Below are positions 46,112 to 55,709 of a stretch of DNA of 64,000 bases, piece by piece. This DNA is from an uncultured bacterium (GTDB lineage Bacteria > Hydrothermota > Tepidihabitantia > SM23-42 > CAYGYG01), in the NCBI GenBank assembly GCA_964354155.1, contig CAYGYG010000007.1, forward strand, positions 49,903 to 113,902, given 5' to 3'. The position numbers and the translations under genes were made by a program. The notes under the pieces are model-generated. The model was given only the letters and a program-made list of their open reading frames with translations. It searched no databases and was not told the DNA's origin. Numbering within the stretch: position 1 is the first letter of the stretch; each line of letters opens with the position of its first letter.

Positions 46112-47407
46112 TCAGCGCAGCAGCAAGACTTTCTTCGTGTAGTTGTCAGTCGGCGTTTCGAGCCGGACAAAGTAAACACCGGCGGGCAGTGGCCGACCCG
46201 CATCATCAGTACCGTCCCACGTGACGTAGTGCGAAGGATGTGGGACGTGGGACGATATGTCAAATCTCTTTACCGCCTGCCCGGATACATCATAAATCAG
46301 TAATCTGGTTTCTTGCTTCTGACTTCCTTCACTTTCTGACCGCCGGCCTCTATCGTCTCCATTCTCGTATCGTGTATCCTGGATCATGTATCGGATAACG
46401 GTGTGTCTCCGGAACGGGCTACCTTGAACCTCCAGCAAGTCGGACTTGCCCAGACGACCGACGTTTTCTTCCGCGATGCCAGGGCGCCAATGTCGACTCC
46501 ACCAGGCCTGGGCTGAATCCGCGTGTACTTTCAGACTGAACGTGTCAAGAGCACCAATGATTGCAAACCCCAACCCCCAGACTTCCTGCCCCGCGGCGAG
46601 CGAAAAGGGCCCATAAGCCGTGCAGATCGAATAGTCGTATGGTCGGGTGGCCTCAGACAAGTGGATGGTTCCGCTGAGGAAATCAAATTTGGTCGTTTCG
46701 CTCATCTGGGTTGGTGGATAGACGTAGTACGCAGCATCAATCAGCGACAGATTGGACACTCGCCATGGTTGCAGCAGTTTGACCCCCACGGCAACATTTG
46801 GCGGAGCGGATGGCCACATGTAGACTAAGCGTCTTGCCGAGTCGGTTCTACCCCAATCGTCAGTCGCGTTTCCGTTTAGATCGAAGTCACACATGACGCC
46901 GACGTAGACGCCGCTCATCGTATTGTTGCTTCTATTCTGCACGTCGTAGCGAACTATTACGAAGTCATCATAGCCCGTCAAAGGCGCACCACGCCCTCCC
47001 CAGTAGCTGCGGACCTGGATTCCCTGGGCCTGAGTGGGACGGCTCGTATCGACGAGAGCACAGCGGAAAAGTTCGTGGGCGCCAAACCAAAGCGGAAAGA
47101 CATCGACAAGAGTGTCTCTGATCACCCAGTCATTGTGCAGGGCCGAGAATGGACGACTGTAGAAGTGGTCATGGACAGAATTGGGTGAATTCGCCACCAA
47201 CAACGATCCGAAGTAAAGGTGATTGAGTCCGCCTCTCTCATAGCGGAATCCGATGCCCGCCCCAGTATCCGGGGCGGTAAACCCAATGCCACCATTATAG
47301 GCACCGCTGAGTTGGGCATTACCTGTGTCGATCTCAACGGTTGTCCGCCCCTGAGGCCAGGCGAGAGCCGTCAATAGCAGTGACGTAACAAAAACGCCAA
47401 CCTTCAT
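46112..47407 (-). CDS. Secreted hypothetical protein with T9SS C-terminal domain
   Basis: It has a signal peptide. The C-terminal domain matches the T9SS pattern (LLIYDVSGQAVKRF...GVYFVRLETPTDNYTKKVLLLR). Confidence 0.55.
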   Translation of the reverse strand: MKVGVFVTSLLLTALAWPQGRTTVEIDTGNAQLSGAYNGGIGFTAPDTGAGIGFRYERGGLNHLYFGSLLVANSPNSVHDHFYSRPFSALHNDWVIRDTLVDVFPLWFGAHELFRCALVDTSRPTQAQGIQVRSYWGGRGAPLTGYDDFVIVRYDVQNRSNNTMSGVYVGVMCDFDLNGNATDDWGRTDSARRLVYMWPSAPPNVAVGVKLLQPWRVSNLSLIDAAYYVYPPTQMSETTKFDFLSGTIHLSEATRPYDYSICTAYGPFSLAAGQEVWGLGFAIIGALDTFSLKVHADSAQAWWSRHWRPGIAEENVGRLGKSDLLEVQGSPFRRHTVIRYMIQDTRYENGDDRGRRSESEGSQKQETRLLIYDVSGQAVKRFDISSHVPHPSHYVTWDGTDDAGRPLPAGVYFVRLETPTDNYTKKVLLLR

Positions 47408-47502
47408 TTTCCCTCCGCTGAAATAAGTATACTCTCCCCCTGTCGTGTGTCAAGTGTTTTTAGGAAACTTCTGAAAGAACGTAGAAATCTTCGATTATTC
47501 AC

Positions 47503-47566
47503 CCCGTTAGATATGTATTCTATGATTGCTATCAGTACTCTGCTGCATCAATAGTATCTAACGGGG
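47503..47566. repeat. 12-bp perfect inverted repeat CCCCGTTAGATA...TATCTAACGGGG (40-nt spacer), related to the CCGTTAGA/TCTAACGG arms of the 12688-12945 repeat
   Basis: The arms lie at 47503-47514 and 47555-47566. It sits in the intergenic region between the OPT gene stop and the start of the 46112-47407 gene. Confidence 0.55.
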
Positions 47567-47659
47567 CAAGGCAATCGAACCATGACCCAGCGATGACGTC
47601 TGGCGGAACGTCGCCGGCACCGTTCTCCAAACAGACTATGTGACTATAAGACCATCAGA

Positions 47660-49591
47660 CTATTCGACCTTCTTCTCTCTTCGCACCGTCACGAACCAGA
47701 GGCTGAGCGCGACCACCAAAAACAGCATCAGCGAACCGATATCGGCAAACTTACCGAGCCAGGCACTAATGGGTAGCTTGTCGTGCAGTTTTCCGATTAC
47801 GGGGATGCTGACAACAAAAGCGATCAAGACGCTGACCAAGGCATCGCCGGCGACCAGGCCGGAAGAGAAAATGATGCCTCGCTCTCCACGCTCCTTCACG
47901 ACTGTGTCTCGGAGAGAGAGGATGTCGGATTTGACATTCCTCGAAACGATCATGTTGATCAGGGCTCCAATCATGATCGGTGCCGAGAGCGAAAAGGGCA
48001 GATACAGTCCGATCGCAAACGGCAGGGCGGAAATGCCCAGCAGCTCAACGGCCAACCCGATCACACCGCCCAGAACAACAAGGGTCCAGGGCAGGGTGCC
48101 GGTCAGAACCCCCTTGACGACAAAAGACATCAACGTGGCTTGGGGCGCGGGCAGTTTAGCCGAACCGATGACCATAGTCTTGTGAAGCAGCATTAATACT
48201 GCGCCCATGAAGAAGCAGGGAATCAGGACGCCGATGAATTCAGCCAGCTGCTGGTAGTATGGCGTCGCACCGCAGAGATAGCCGGTCTTAAGATCCTGGG
48301 ATGCGTCGCCGGCCATGCAGATGGCAATACAGACGACACTGCCGACTGACATGGCGCCGATCATGCCCGGCAATCCTTTCCAGCCGAAGAGCACGTAGAC
48401 CAGACAGGTAACCAGCAGTGTGGCAATGGTCATGCCCGACACCGGGCTTGAGGAACTGCCGACAATGCCGACGATGCGGGATGCAACCGTGACGAAGAAG
48501 AAACTGAAGACGACCACGAGCAGCGCACCGATGAAGTTGATCTTGGCCTGAGGCACAAGAAAGAGAGTCACGGCAATGAGGACGGAGCCGATGATGACGA
48601 CCGGCATGGGAATGTCTTTGTCGGTCCGGACAAGGTTCTTGTCCGGGAAGAGTCTGAACCCCTTGGTCAACTGTTCAAAACCCAGCCTGAAGCACCGGTA
48701 TATCACGGGACAGGCGCGGATCAGGCTGATGAGTCCGCCGACCGCAACACCGCCGGCGCCGATGTATCTGATGTAGTAGTTCCTTATGTCGCCCGGGGTC
48801 ATGGTTGAGATCAGGTCGGTTGCCGGCGGAATCGCTACGCTGAGGTGGCTGCCAAGGAAAGCGATCAACGGGCTGATTACCAGATAGCCCAGGCAGGCGC
48901 CGGCCAGCATGAATGACGCGATGCGAGGTCCGATGATGAAGCCGACGCCCAACAGGGCTGGGGCAACGTCGACCCCGACTTCAGCACCTTTCAGCGGTTT
49001 GACAAGCCAGCTGGCGGTTTCTTTCCAGAGCTTGAATCCGCTCATCAAGATCTTATAGAGAGCGGCCAGCCCCACGCCCAGGAAAACGAGCTGCGCCTTG
49101 GAACCGCCGGTATCGCCCGCTTGCAGAATCTCGGCACAGGCCGTGCCCTCTGGATACGGGAGATTCTTGTGCTCCTGGACGATTAGATAACGTCGTAATG
49201 GGATCATGAAGAGGATTCCGAGAAAGCCGCCGAGGATGGAAATAATGATGATCGTCCACGAGGATGGGAAGAAGCCCCACATGAAGAAAGCCGGAATGGT
49301 GAAGGCGATGCCGGCGGCGAGCGATTCACCCGATGAACCAATCGTCTGGACGATGTTGTTTTCCAGCACCGTCCCGGTGCGGAAGATCCCCCGCAGAATG
49401 GCCATCGAGATGACCGCGGCCGGTATCGAAGCCGACACGGTCATGCCGACCTTGAGCCCGAGATAGGCATTGGCTAGGCCGAAGACGATCGCCAGCACAC
49501 TGCCCAGAATAATCGCTCGTACGGTGAATTCCCGGACGTTTTCATCGGCGCAAACATAGGGCTTGAATTCTTGCTTGTCATCGCGATTCAT
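47660..49591 (-). CDS. OPT-family oligopeptide transporter
   Basis: It has about 16 predicted transmembrane helices and conserved OPT N-terminal blocks ([41 protein letters not shown]). Confidence 0.85.
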   Translation of the reverse strand: MNRDDKQEFKPYVCADENVREFTVRAIILGSVLAIVFGLANAYLGLKVGMTVSASIPAAVISMAILRGIFRTGTVLENNIVQTIGSSGESLAAGIAFTIPAFFMWGFFPSSWTIIIISILGGFLGILFMIPLRRYLIVQEHKNLPYPEGTACAEILQAGDTGGSKAQLVFLGVGLAALYKILMSGFKLWKETASWLVKPLKGAEVGVDVAPALLGVGFIIGPRIASFMLAGACLGYLVISPLIAFLGSHLSVAIPPATDLISTMTPGDIRNYYIRYIGAGGVAVGGLISLIRACPVIYRCFRLGFEQLTKGFRLFPDKNLVRTDKDIPMPVVIIGSVLIAVTLFLVPQAKINFIGALLVVVFSFFFVTVASRIVGIVGSSSSPVSGMTIATLLVTCLVYVLFGWKGLPGMIGAMSVGSVVCIAICMAGDASQDLKTGYLCGATPYYQQLAEFIGVLIPCFFMGAVLMLLHKTMVIGSAKLPAPQATLMSFVVKGVLTGTLPWTLVVLGGVIGLAVELLGISALPFAIGLYLPFSLSAPIMIGALINMIVSRNVKSDILSLRDTVVKERGERGIIFSSGLVAGDALVSVLIAFVVSIPVIGKLHDKLPISAWLGKFADIGSLMLFLVVALSLWFVTVRREKKVE

Positions 49592-49743
49592 TTCACCTCC
49601 TATCGCCCGACGGTGGTCGACTTCGCCATACCCCCGAGGGCCTCGCGCGAGCCGGCGACTGAGTAGTGGACTCTACCCGCCTGCAACACAAGTTTTCATA
49701 TTTAAGCAATTGGTTAAGCTTGAAAATAGCCATGTCTGGCGCG

Positions 49744-50052
49744 TCAGTAGTCTTTGATTCTGATGTGTTTGATCATCTCTTCCATGGTGGCCAGCAGGGT
49801 CAGCACGGCCTCTTCTTTTATCCAGTAGCGGCGTTCGTGGCTTCTCACATCGTACCGGACCAGGTCGAGCCGACGCAAAGCGCGCTAGACCTGCGAGACG
49901 GCCGGGATACTGATACCGAGACGCCGCGCAAGCTCAGTCGGGGTCATGCGGGCACCGCGCAAGAGACAGACCGTCTCGTACGCCGTCGGATTGCCCAGAA
50001 CCCGGCAGACCCTTGAGGCCCGGTAGTGATTCTCAGGGATTTTCGCCTTGGC
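49744..50052 (-). pseudogene. ArsR/SmtB-family HTH regulator interrupted by an in-frame TAG in the recognition helix (GTG start)
   Basis: Translation gives VAKAKIPENHYRASRVCRVLGNPTAYETVCLLRGARMTPTELARRLGISIPAVSQV-*-RALRRLDLVRYD... The TAG at 49885-49887 sits where the conserved Q/H of 'AVSQHL' is expected. Confidence 0.45.
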
Positions 50053-50144
50053 CACATGCGAGTATAGTCAATTCCGGCATTTTGGCAATTACGTAAATGG
50101 CAAAACTGGCCGCGAAGGATGACCGCCGGGACGGCACGAGGATA

Positions 50145-50172
50145 TTGACTTTGGTTCATATGTGACTATAAT
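50145..50172 (+). promoter_or_regulatory. Sigma70-like promoter (TTGACT-16-TATAAT) 6 nt before the ATG (leaderless)
   Basis: The -10 element is at 50167-50172 and the ATG is at 50179. Confidence 0.5.
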
Positions 50173-50178
50173 CGCCTG

Positions 50179-51246
50179 ATGAAAGGCCTTGTCCTCGCCG
50201 GTGGGTTCGGTACCCGACTGAGACCTCTCACCTATACCGGCGCCAAACAGCTTATCCCCGTCGCAAATAAGCCGATTCTTTTCTACGTCATCGAGAATCT
50301 CAAGACGGCGGGGATTGATGAGATCGGCATCGTCGTCGGCGAGACGAAAAAGGACATCATCGAAAAGGTTGGTGATGGTTCGAAATTCGGTGCGAAGATA
50401 ACCTACATTGAGCAGGCGGAGCCATTGGGTTTGGCTCACGCGATCAAAATTTCCAGCAGTTTTCTGAAGAACGATTCCTTCATTATGTATCTGGGCGACA
50501 ACCTGCTCAAAGAGGAAATCAAGCCGCTGATCGATAATTTCGAACGCAACAAACCGAATGCGTTGATTCTGCTGACCAAGGTGAAAAACCCCCAGGATTT
50601 CGGCGTGGCGGTGGTTGATGGCCAGGGGGTGGTACAGAAACTTATCGAGAAGCCCAAGGAGCCGCCGTCAGATTTGGCCCTGGTCGGTGTCTATATGTTC
50701 GATAAGAGCATATATGCCGCGATCGAAAAGATCAAACCTTCGTGGCGCAATGAACTGGAGATCACCGACGCCATTCAATGGCTGCTTGACAATAAGTACC
50801 GGGTTGAGTCCCATCTCGTGACTGGTTGGTGGAAGGACACGGGCAAGCCGGAGGATCTGATCGAGGCCAATCTTCTCGTGCTCAATGATCTTGCACCGAT
50901 GAGCCAGGGGACCGTGCAGGATTGTGAGATCTCGGGCAGAGTACGGATCGAGGCGGGCGCGGTGGTCGAGAAGTCAACGGTCCGAGGGCCGACCATCATT
51001 GGTAAGGATGCAAGGATCAGCCGTTCCTACATCGGTCCGTTCACCGCGATCGGCGACAGCGTGGTGATCGAGAATTCGGAAATCGAGTGCAGCATCATCA
51101 TGGAAGGTTCCCGGATCGTCAATGTGCGGACCCGCATTGACCGCAGTGTCATCGGGCGGGGCGTGACCGTAACCGAGTGCGACCATTCGCCGAGAACCTA
51201 CCGTTTCACGGTGGGCGACCAGAGCTACATTGAACTGGTCAAATGA
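50179..51246 (+). CDS. Glucose-1-phosphate thymidylyl/nucleotidyltransferase, long form with C-terminal left-handed beta-helix
   Basis: It has the 'LAGGFGTRLRPLT' sugar-NTase motif. The C-terminal region shows hexapeptide repeats. Confidence 0.8.
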   Translation: MKGLVLAGGFGTRLRPLTYTGAKQLIPVANKPILFYVIENLKTAGIDEIGIVVGETKKDIIEKVGDGSKFGAKITYIEQAEPLGLAHAIKISSSFLKNDSFIMYLGDNLLKEEIKPLIDNFERNKPNALILLTKVKNPQDFGVAVVDGQGVVQKLIEKPKEPPSDLALVGVYMFDKSIYAAIEKIKPSWRNELEITDAIQWLLDNKYRVESHLVTGWWKDTGKPEDLIEANLLVLNDLAPMSQGTVQDCEISGRVRIEAGAVVEKSTVRGPTIIGKDARISRSYIGPFTAIGDSVVIENSEIECSIIMEGSRIVNVRTRIDRSVIGRGVTVTECDHSPRTYRFTVGDQSYIELVK

Positions 51247-51267
51247 CCGCGGGGCTCGTCATATTTA

Positions 51268-51295
51268 TTGAAAAAGGGATGGAAATCAGTATAAT
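51268..51295 (+). promoter_or_regulatory. Sigma70-like promoter (TTGAAA-16-TATAAT) 6 nt before the ATG (leaderless)
   Basis: The -10 element is at 51290-51295 and the ATG is at 51302. Confidence 0.45.
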
Positions 51296-51301
51296 TGTGC
51301 C

Positions 51302-51790
51302 ATGAGCGAGATTATCGGATTCAAAGGAAAGGCGTTGATCGGCGGTGTTAAGGTCAAGAAACTACGGCTGGTGCCGGATGAACGGGGCCGGCTGATGGAG
51401 ATTCTGCGCCGCGACGATGACTTCTTCGAACAGTTCGGTCAGGTCTACATGACGACGACCTTTCCGGGCGTCGTCAAGGGCTGGCACTACCACAAGATCC
51501 AGAATGACAACATGACGGTCATCGGCGGCATGGCCAAGATTGTTCTTTTCGATGACCGTGAGGGCAGTCCGACCAAGGGAATGATCAATGAGTTCTTCGT
51601 CGGTGAACACAACCCGCTTATCATTCACATCCCCAGGTTGGTCTGGCATGGCTTCAAGTGCATCAGCGAGACCGAGGCCATCATGGTCAACGTTCCGACC
51701 GAACTCTATGATTACAAGAACCCCGATGAATACCGCAAGCCCGCGCACGACAGCGGAATTCCCTACGACTGGGCACGCAAGGACGGATAG
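51302..51790 (+). CDS. dTDP-4-dehydrorhamnose 3,5-epimerase-family cupin (RmlC-like)
   Basis: It has a cupin fold with 'GWHYHK' and sits between rmlA-like and rmlB genes. Confidence 0.6.
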   Translation: MSEIIGFKGKALIGGVKVKKLRLVPDERGRLMEILRRDDDFFEQFGQVYMTTTFPGVVKGWHYHKIQNDNMTVIGGMAKIVLFDDREGSPTKGMINEFFVGEHNPLIIHIPRLVWHGFKCISETEAIMVNVPTELYDYKNPDEYRKPAHDSGIPYDWARKDG

Positions 51791-51795
51791 CTAGC

Positions 51796-52818
51796 TTGAA
51801 GATCCTTGTCACCGGCGGGGCCGGTTTTATCGGCTCGAACTTCATCTACTTCATGCTCAAGAAACACCCCGAATACCGGCTTGTCAACCTGGACCTATTG
51901 ACCTATGCCGGCAACCTCGAGAACTTGAAGGCGGTCATTAAGAACAAGGGCCACCGGTTTATCAAGGGCGATATCGGTGATGGAAGGATGCTCAAGAGAG
52001 TATTCAGGAAAGAAAAATTCGATGCCGTCATCAACTTCGCCGCCGAGTCGCACGTCGATCGCTCAATCGTGGATGCCGCACCGTTCCTGCATACCAATTT
52101 CGCGGGGGTCGGGGTTTTGCTTGACCTGGCGCTCGAATACGGCGTCAAACGTTTTCTGCAAATCTCAACCGATGAAGTATACGGGTCGATTTCTCACGGC
52201 ACGTTCAAGGAAGACGACCGGCTGCATCCGTCAAGCGCGTATGCGGCGAGCAAGGCGGGCGCCGAGCTTCTGGTAATGTCCTATTACCGGACGCACCAAC
52301 TGCCGGTCGTGATAACGCGCTCTTCGAACAACTACGGGCCCTACCAATTTCCTGAGAAGCTGATCCCCCTGGTCGTGACCAACGCGTTAGAGAACAGGAA
52401 AATCCCGGTTTACGGCGACGGGCTGAACGTCCGCGACTGGCTCTACGTCGTCGACAACTGCCGCGCGATCGATCTTGTGCTCCACCAGGGCGGGATCGGC
52501 CAGACGTACAACATCGGCGGCAACAACGAACGGCACAATATCGACGTCGTGAAAGCGGTTCTCCAGAAGCTCAACAAATCAATGAAACTGATTCACTTTG
52601 TCCAGGACCGGCCCGGCCACGACCGACGCTATGCACTGGACACGACCAAGATCAAACATAACCTGGGCTTTGAGCCGGAAGTTGATTTCGAGCAGGGCAT
52701 TGCCATGACCATTGATTGGTACGTCAAGAACCGAGAATGGCTCCGCCACGCCCGATCCGGCGAATACAAGAAGTTTTACAAGAAGCACTACTCCAAGCTG
52801 CGCCTCAAAACGAAATAG
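51796..52818 (+). CDS. rfbB: dTDP-glucose 4,6-dehydratase
   Basis: It has the 'VTGGAGFIGSNF' Rossmann motif and the YxxxK motif (YAASK). The TTG start overlaps the upstream stop. Confidence 0.9.
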   Translation: MKILVTGGAGFIGSNFIYFMLKKHPEYRLVNLDLLTYAGNLENLKAVIKNKGHRFIKGDIGDGRMLKRVFRKEKFDAVINFAAESHVDRSIVDAAPFLHTNFAGVGVLLDLALEYGVKRFLQISTDEVYGSISHGTFKEDDRLHPSSAYAASKAGAELLVMSYYRTHQLPVVITRSSNNYGPYQFPEKLIPLVVTNALENRKIPVYGDGLNVRDWLYVVDNCRAIDLVLHQGGIGQTYNIGGNNERHNIDVVKAVLQKLNKSMKLIHFVQDRPGHDRRYALDTTKIKHNLGFEPEVDFEQGIAMTIDWYVKNREWLRHARSGEYKKFYKKHYSKLRLKTK

Positions 52819-52888
52819 CACTGATGCTCGGCGACGCCGAGGCACTCTTTGCCGTTGACGGTTCCCCCTTTCTGACTATCATTCAGCC

Positions 52889-53668
52889 ATGACCCCCAAG
52901 GTACTGGTTTTGCGAACCGCCGGCACCAACTGTGATCTGGAAACCCAATTCGCTTTTGAGAAGGCCGGTGCCGAGACAACCCGGCTCCACATAAACCAAG
53001 CCCGGAGTACAACCTTCCGGCAGTACCATGTGCTGGTCTTCCCGGGGGGGTTCACTTACGGTGATGATATCTCGGCCGGCAAGATAATGGCCAATGAGGT
53101 TGTGCACCGATTCAAAGAATCGCTGCTGAGGTTCATCGAAGACGGCAAGCTGATGCTGGGCATCTGTAATGGGTTTCAGATTCTGGCCAAGGCCGGTCTC
53201 CTGCCTGCGCTCGGCGGTTACTTCAGACGCCAGGAAGTCACCCTGGCCTTCAACGATTCAAACCGGTTTGAAGACCGCTGGATATACCTCAAGCCGGCCT
53301 CCAAGACCTGTATCTTCACCAAGGGGATGGAGCGAGTCATCACCCTGCCCATTGCGCACGCCGAAGGTAAGTTCGTAGCCGCCAACCGGGTTGTGCTCAC
53401 CCGGCTTAAGAAGAATGACGGTATCGTCTTTCGCTATGTTGACGAAAGAGGGAGATCCGGGGACTACCCGGTCAATCCGAATGGTTCGACCGACCACATC
53501 GCCGGGATATGCGACAAGACCGGCCGGATCATGGGTCTAATGCCGCATCCGGAACGGCATGTCTCCTACCTCCAGAACCCTCACCATACCCGCAAGAACC
53601 TGCCGGAAGAAGGGGATGGCATGATGATCTTCCGGAACGCGGCGCAGTACGTCAGAGAAAACCTGTAG
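52889..53668 (+). CDS. purQ: Phosphoribosylformylglycinamidine synthase subunit PurQ (class I glutamine amidotransferase)
   Basis: It has the catalytic triad context of GICNGFQ (Cys) and the terminal HPE. Confidence 0.8.
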   Translation: MTPKVLVLRTAGTNCDLETQFAFEKAGAETTRLHINQARSTTFRQYHVLVFPGGFTYGDDISAGKIMANEVVHRFKESLLRFIEDGKLMLGICNGFQILAKAGLLPALGGYFRRQEVTLAFNDSNRFEDRWIYLKPASKTCIFTKGMERVITLPIAHAEGKFVAANRVVLTRLKKNDGIVFRYVDERGRSGDYPVNPNGSTDHIAGICDKTGRIMGLMPHPERHVSYLQNPHHTRKNLPEEGDGMMIFRNAAQYVRENL

Positions 53669-53959
53669 TCGGGCTTGATGAACCCTTCGCTGGTCCGGGG
53701 GCTTGTGCTCTTTTTCCTTTTGATAACGGCTGGCGTCATCGCAAGCGTAATTTTGATCCGGCATGCCCGGAGTTGGGAATCAAGGATGATTGTCTTCCGG
53801 GTGCTGGCGTTGGTGTGGATTGCGATAAACCTCGTCATGCTTCTGCTCGTCATCTTGCTCAAGTGAGATTTCTGGGAAGATCCAGAAATCTTTGATTACA
53901 GTGATGTGCTGAAGATTACAGTGATGACAAGCCCGGCAAGATCACAATTGCGGTTTTCT

Positions 53960-55210
53960 TCAACCGGTCTCGACCGGACCGGGTTTCATGAGGTGGCGAC
54001 GCGGGATGAGGAGGACGGCAAAAACCGCGACGAGAAGCAGAAACCCGCCGATGACATAAAGCAGGGTCACGTAGTTGGTCGGACGCGAGACCAGACCGAT
54101 GAACAGAGCGCTCGACAAGAATGACCCGCTGGCAACGAACTCCTTGGTTGAGAAGATGCGTCCCCGGATATGCGCGGCGACCTCTTCCTGGAGGATCGTA
54201 TCCTGGCAGATGCCGATGAATGAGAAAGTTATGCCCGAGACAAAACCCACGATGAGAAGGATGGCCTTCCTTATATAAGAAGGGCCGATGACAAAGAGCA
54301 GCCCTAGCACGGCAATACTTAAGATGATGACCGTAAAGCGATTCCAGTTCTTGCCCATCGAGCCAAGCAGGGCCGCCCCCGCGAGCATCCCGATGCCGAT
54401 GATCGCGCCGAGGAGACCAACACCGCTCGTACCCATACCCAGCACCTGTTGGACGATGTAGATGAGAATTGTGTACGAGACCGCCGCGACGAACGGGAGC
54501 ACCCAGACCGAGATCATTACAAAAATCACGACGCGGTCGTGGAACAGCAGCTTGATCAATTCCCAGAGGTCGAGATAGAAATGCCGGAATGAATTGGCAA
54601 TGTCCCGGTAGAAAAGCGGGGCCAGCGTCTCACGGATGCCTGCCGCCGTGATACCGAGGATGAGAAGTCCGGCCGCAAGATGCGTCGAGGCATCGATGTA
54701 GAATCCAAGGTGCCAACCGACGGCGTCGATCAATACCCCGCCTAAAAGCATGCCAGTAAAAGTCGACAGGCGAAGGACGGTGATCATGATCGAGTTGGCT
54801 TGAAGCAGTTGGTCCCGGTTCACCACGAGGGGCAGCGTCGAGTTGCGCGCCGCATTGTTAAAAAGGTCAAGTCCGAAGAAAAGGAAGACGGTGAACCATA
54901 TCGGAATCATGGATCCAGTGAGCTTTACGAACAACGGCGTGGCGGCAACGATGGCCGCCTGGATTACGTGGGCCGTGAACATAATCCGGCGTTTGGATAG
55001 ATGGTCGACAACCACGCCGGCAACCGGGGCCAGAATCATCACCGGGAGCGTGAAATACACCGCAAAATCGGAGAACGCATTGATGCGGCCCGGGGCGTAG
55101 ACACTGATCAAGGTGATTATCACCATGTGAGTCAGCCGGTCGCCGAGCTGGGAAACGCTTGAGGAGAGGGTCAGGAAGAGAAGATTGTGGGTCTTGAGGA
55201 TTCTGAACAT
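53960..55210 (-). CDS. MFS transporter
   Basis: It has 12 predicted transmembrane helices with MFS-like loop motifs. Confidence 0.7.
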   Translation of the reverse strand: MFRILKTHNLLFLTLSSSVSQLGDRLTHMVIITLISVYAPGRINAFSDFAVYFTLPVMILAPVAGVVVDHLSKRRIMFTAHVIQAAIVAATPLFVKLTGSMIPIWFTVFLFFGLDLFNNAARNSTLPLVVNRDQLLQANSIMITVLRLSTFTGMLLGGVLIDAVGWHLGFYIDASTHLAAGLLILGITAAGIRETLAPLFYRDIANSFRHFYLDLWELIKLLFHDRVVIFVMISVWVLPFVAAVSYTILIYIVQQVLGMGTSGVGLLGAIIGIGMLAGAALLGSMGKNWNRFTVIILSIAVLGLLFVIGPSYIRKAILLIVGFVSGITFSFIGICQDTILQEEVAAHIRGRIFSTKEFVASGSFLSSALFIGLVSRPTNYVTLLYVIGGFLLLVAVFAVLLIPRRHLMKPGPVETG

Positions 55211-55235
55211 GGTCGGATAGCGATGCGGCTCGGTG

Positions 55236-55709
55236 TTATCGGCCGAGGAGGAACTTCAACCGGATCCGGGCCTCCTTAAGCATCAATTGAGCGAGACGAT
55301 CCGGGTACGGTTTCTTGGTTACGATCTCTCTGATCTTGGCGTTAATGATCATCTTGGTACAGATGAAGCAGGGCTGGTGCGTGGTGTAGATAGTCGCACC
55401 GGCAACATTGAGTCCGAAATTGGAGGCCTGGATGATTGCGTTCTGCTCGGCGTGAATGCCGCGACATAGCTCGTGCCGCTGTCCGGGCGCGACCTTGAGC
55501 TTCTTCCGCAGACAGCCGACCTCAGCACAATGCTTGAGTCCAGCCGGTGCCCCGTTGTAACCGGTGGTGATGATTCTCTTATCTTTGACAATGACGGCGC
55601 CGACGCTTCTTCGGAGGCAGGTGGAGCGCTGGGCCACGAGCTCGGCGATTGAGATGAAGTAATCATGCCAGGGAATCCGCCCCTCTTTCTGTTTGGTGCG
55701 ACGGGTCAG
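55236..55709 (-). CDS. dCMP deaminase (ComEB/cytidine-deaminase fold); start codon unclear
   Basis: The zinc-binding motifs HAEQNAI and PCFICTKMI are present. The conserved N-terminus (IPWHDYFISIAELVAQRSTC) extends in frame upstream of the GTG at 55637, right to the gyrA stop codon, with no ATG/GTG/TTG available. Confidence 0.65.
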   Translation of the reverse strand: MTRRTKQKEGRIPWHDYFISIAELVAQRSTCLRRSVGAVIVKDKRIITTGYNGAPAGLKHCAEVGCLRKKLKVAPGQRHELCRGIHAEQNAIIQASNFGLNVAGATIYTTHQPCFICTKMIINAKIREIVTKKPYPDRLAQLMLKEARIRLKFLLGR

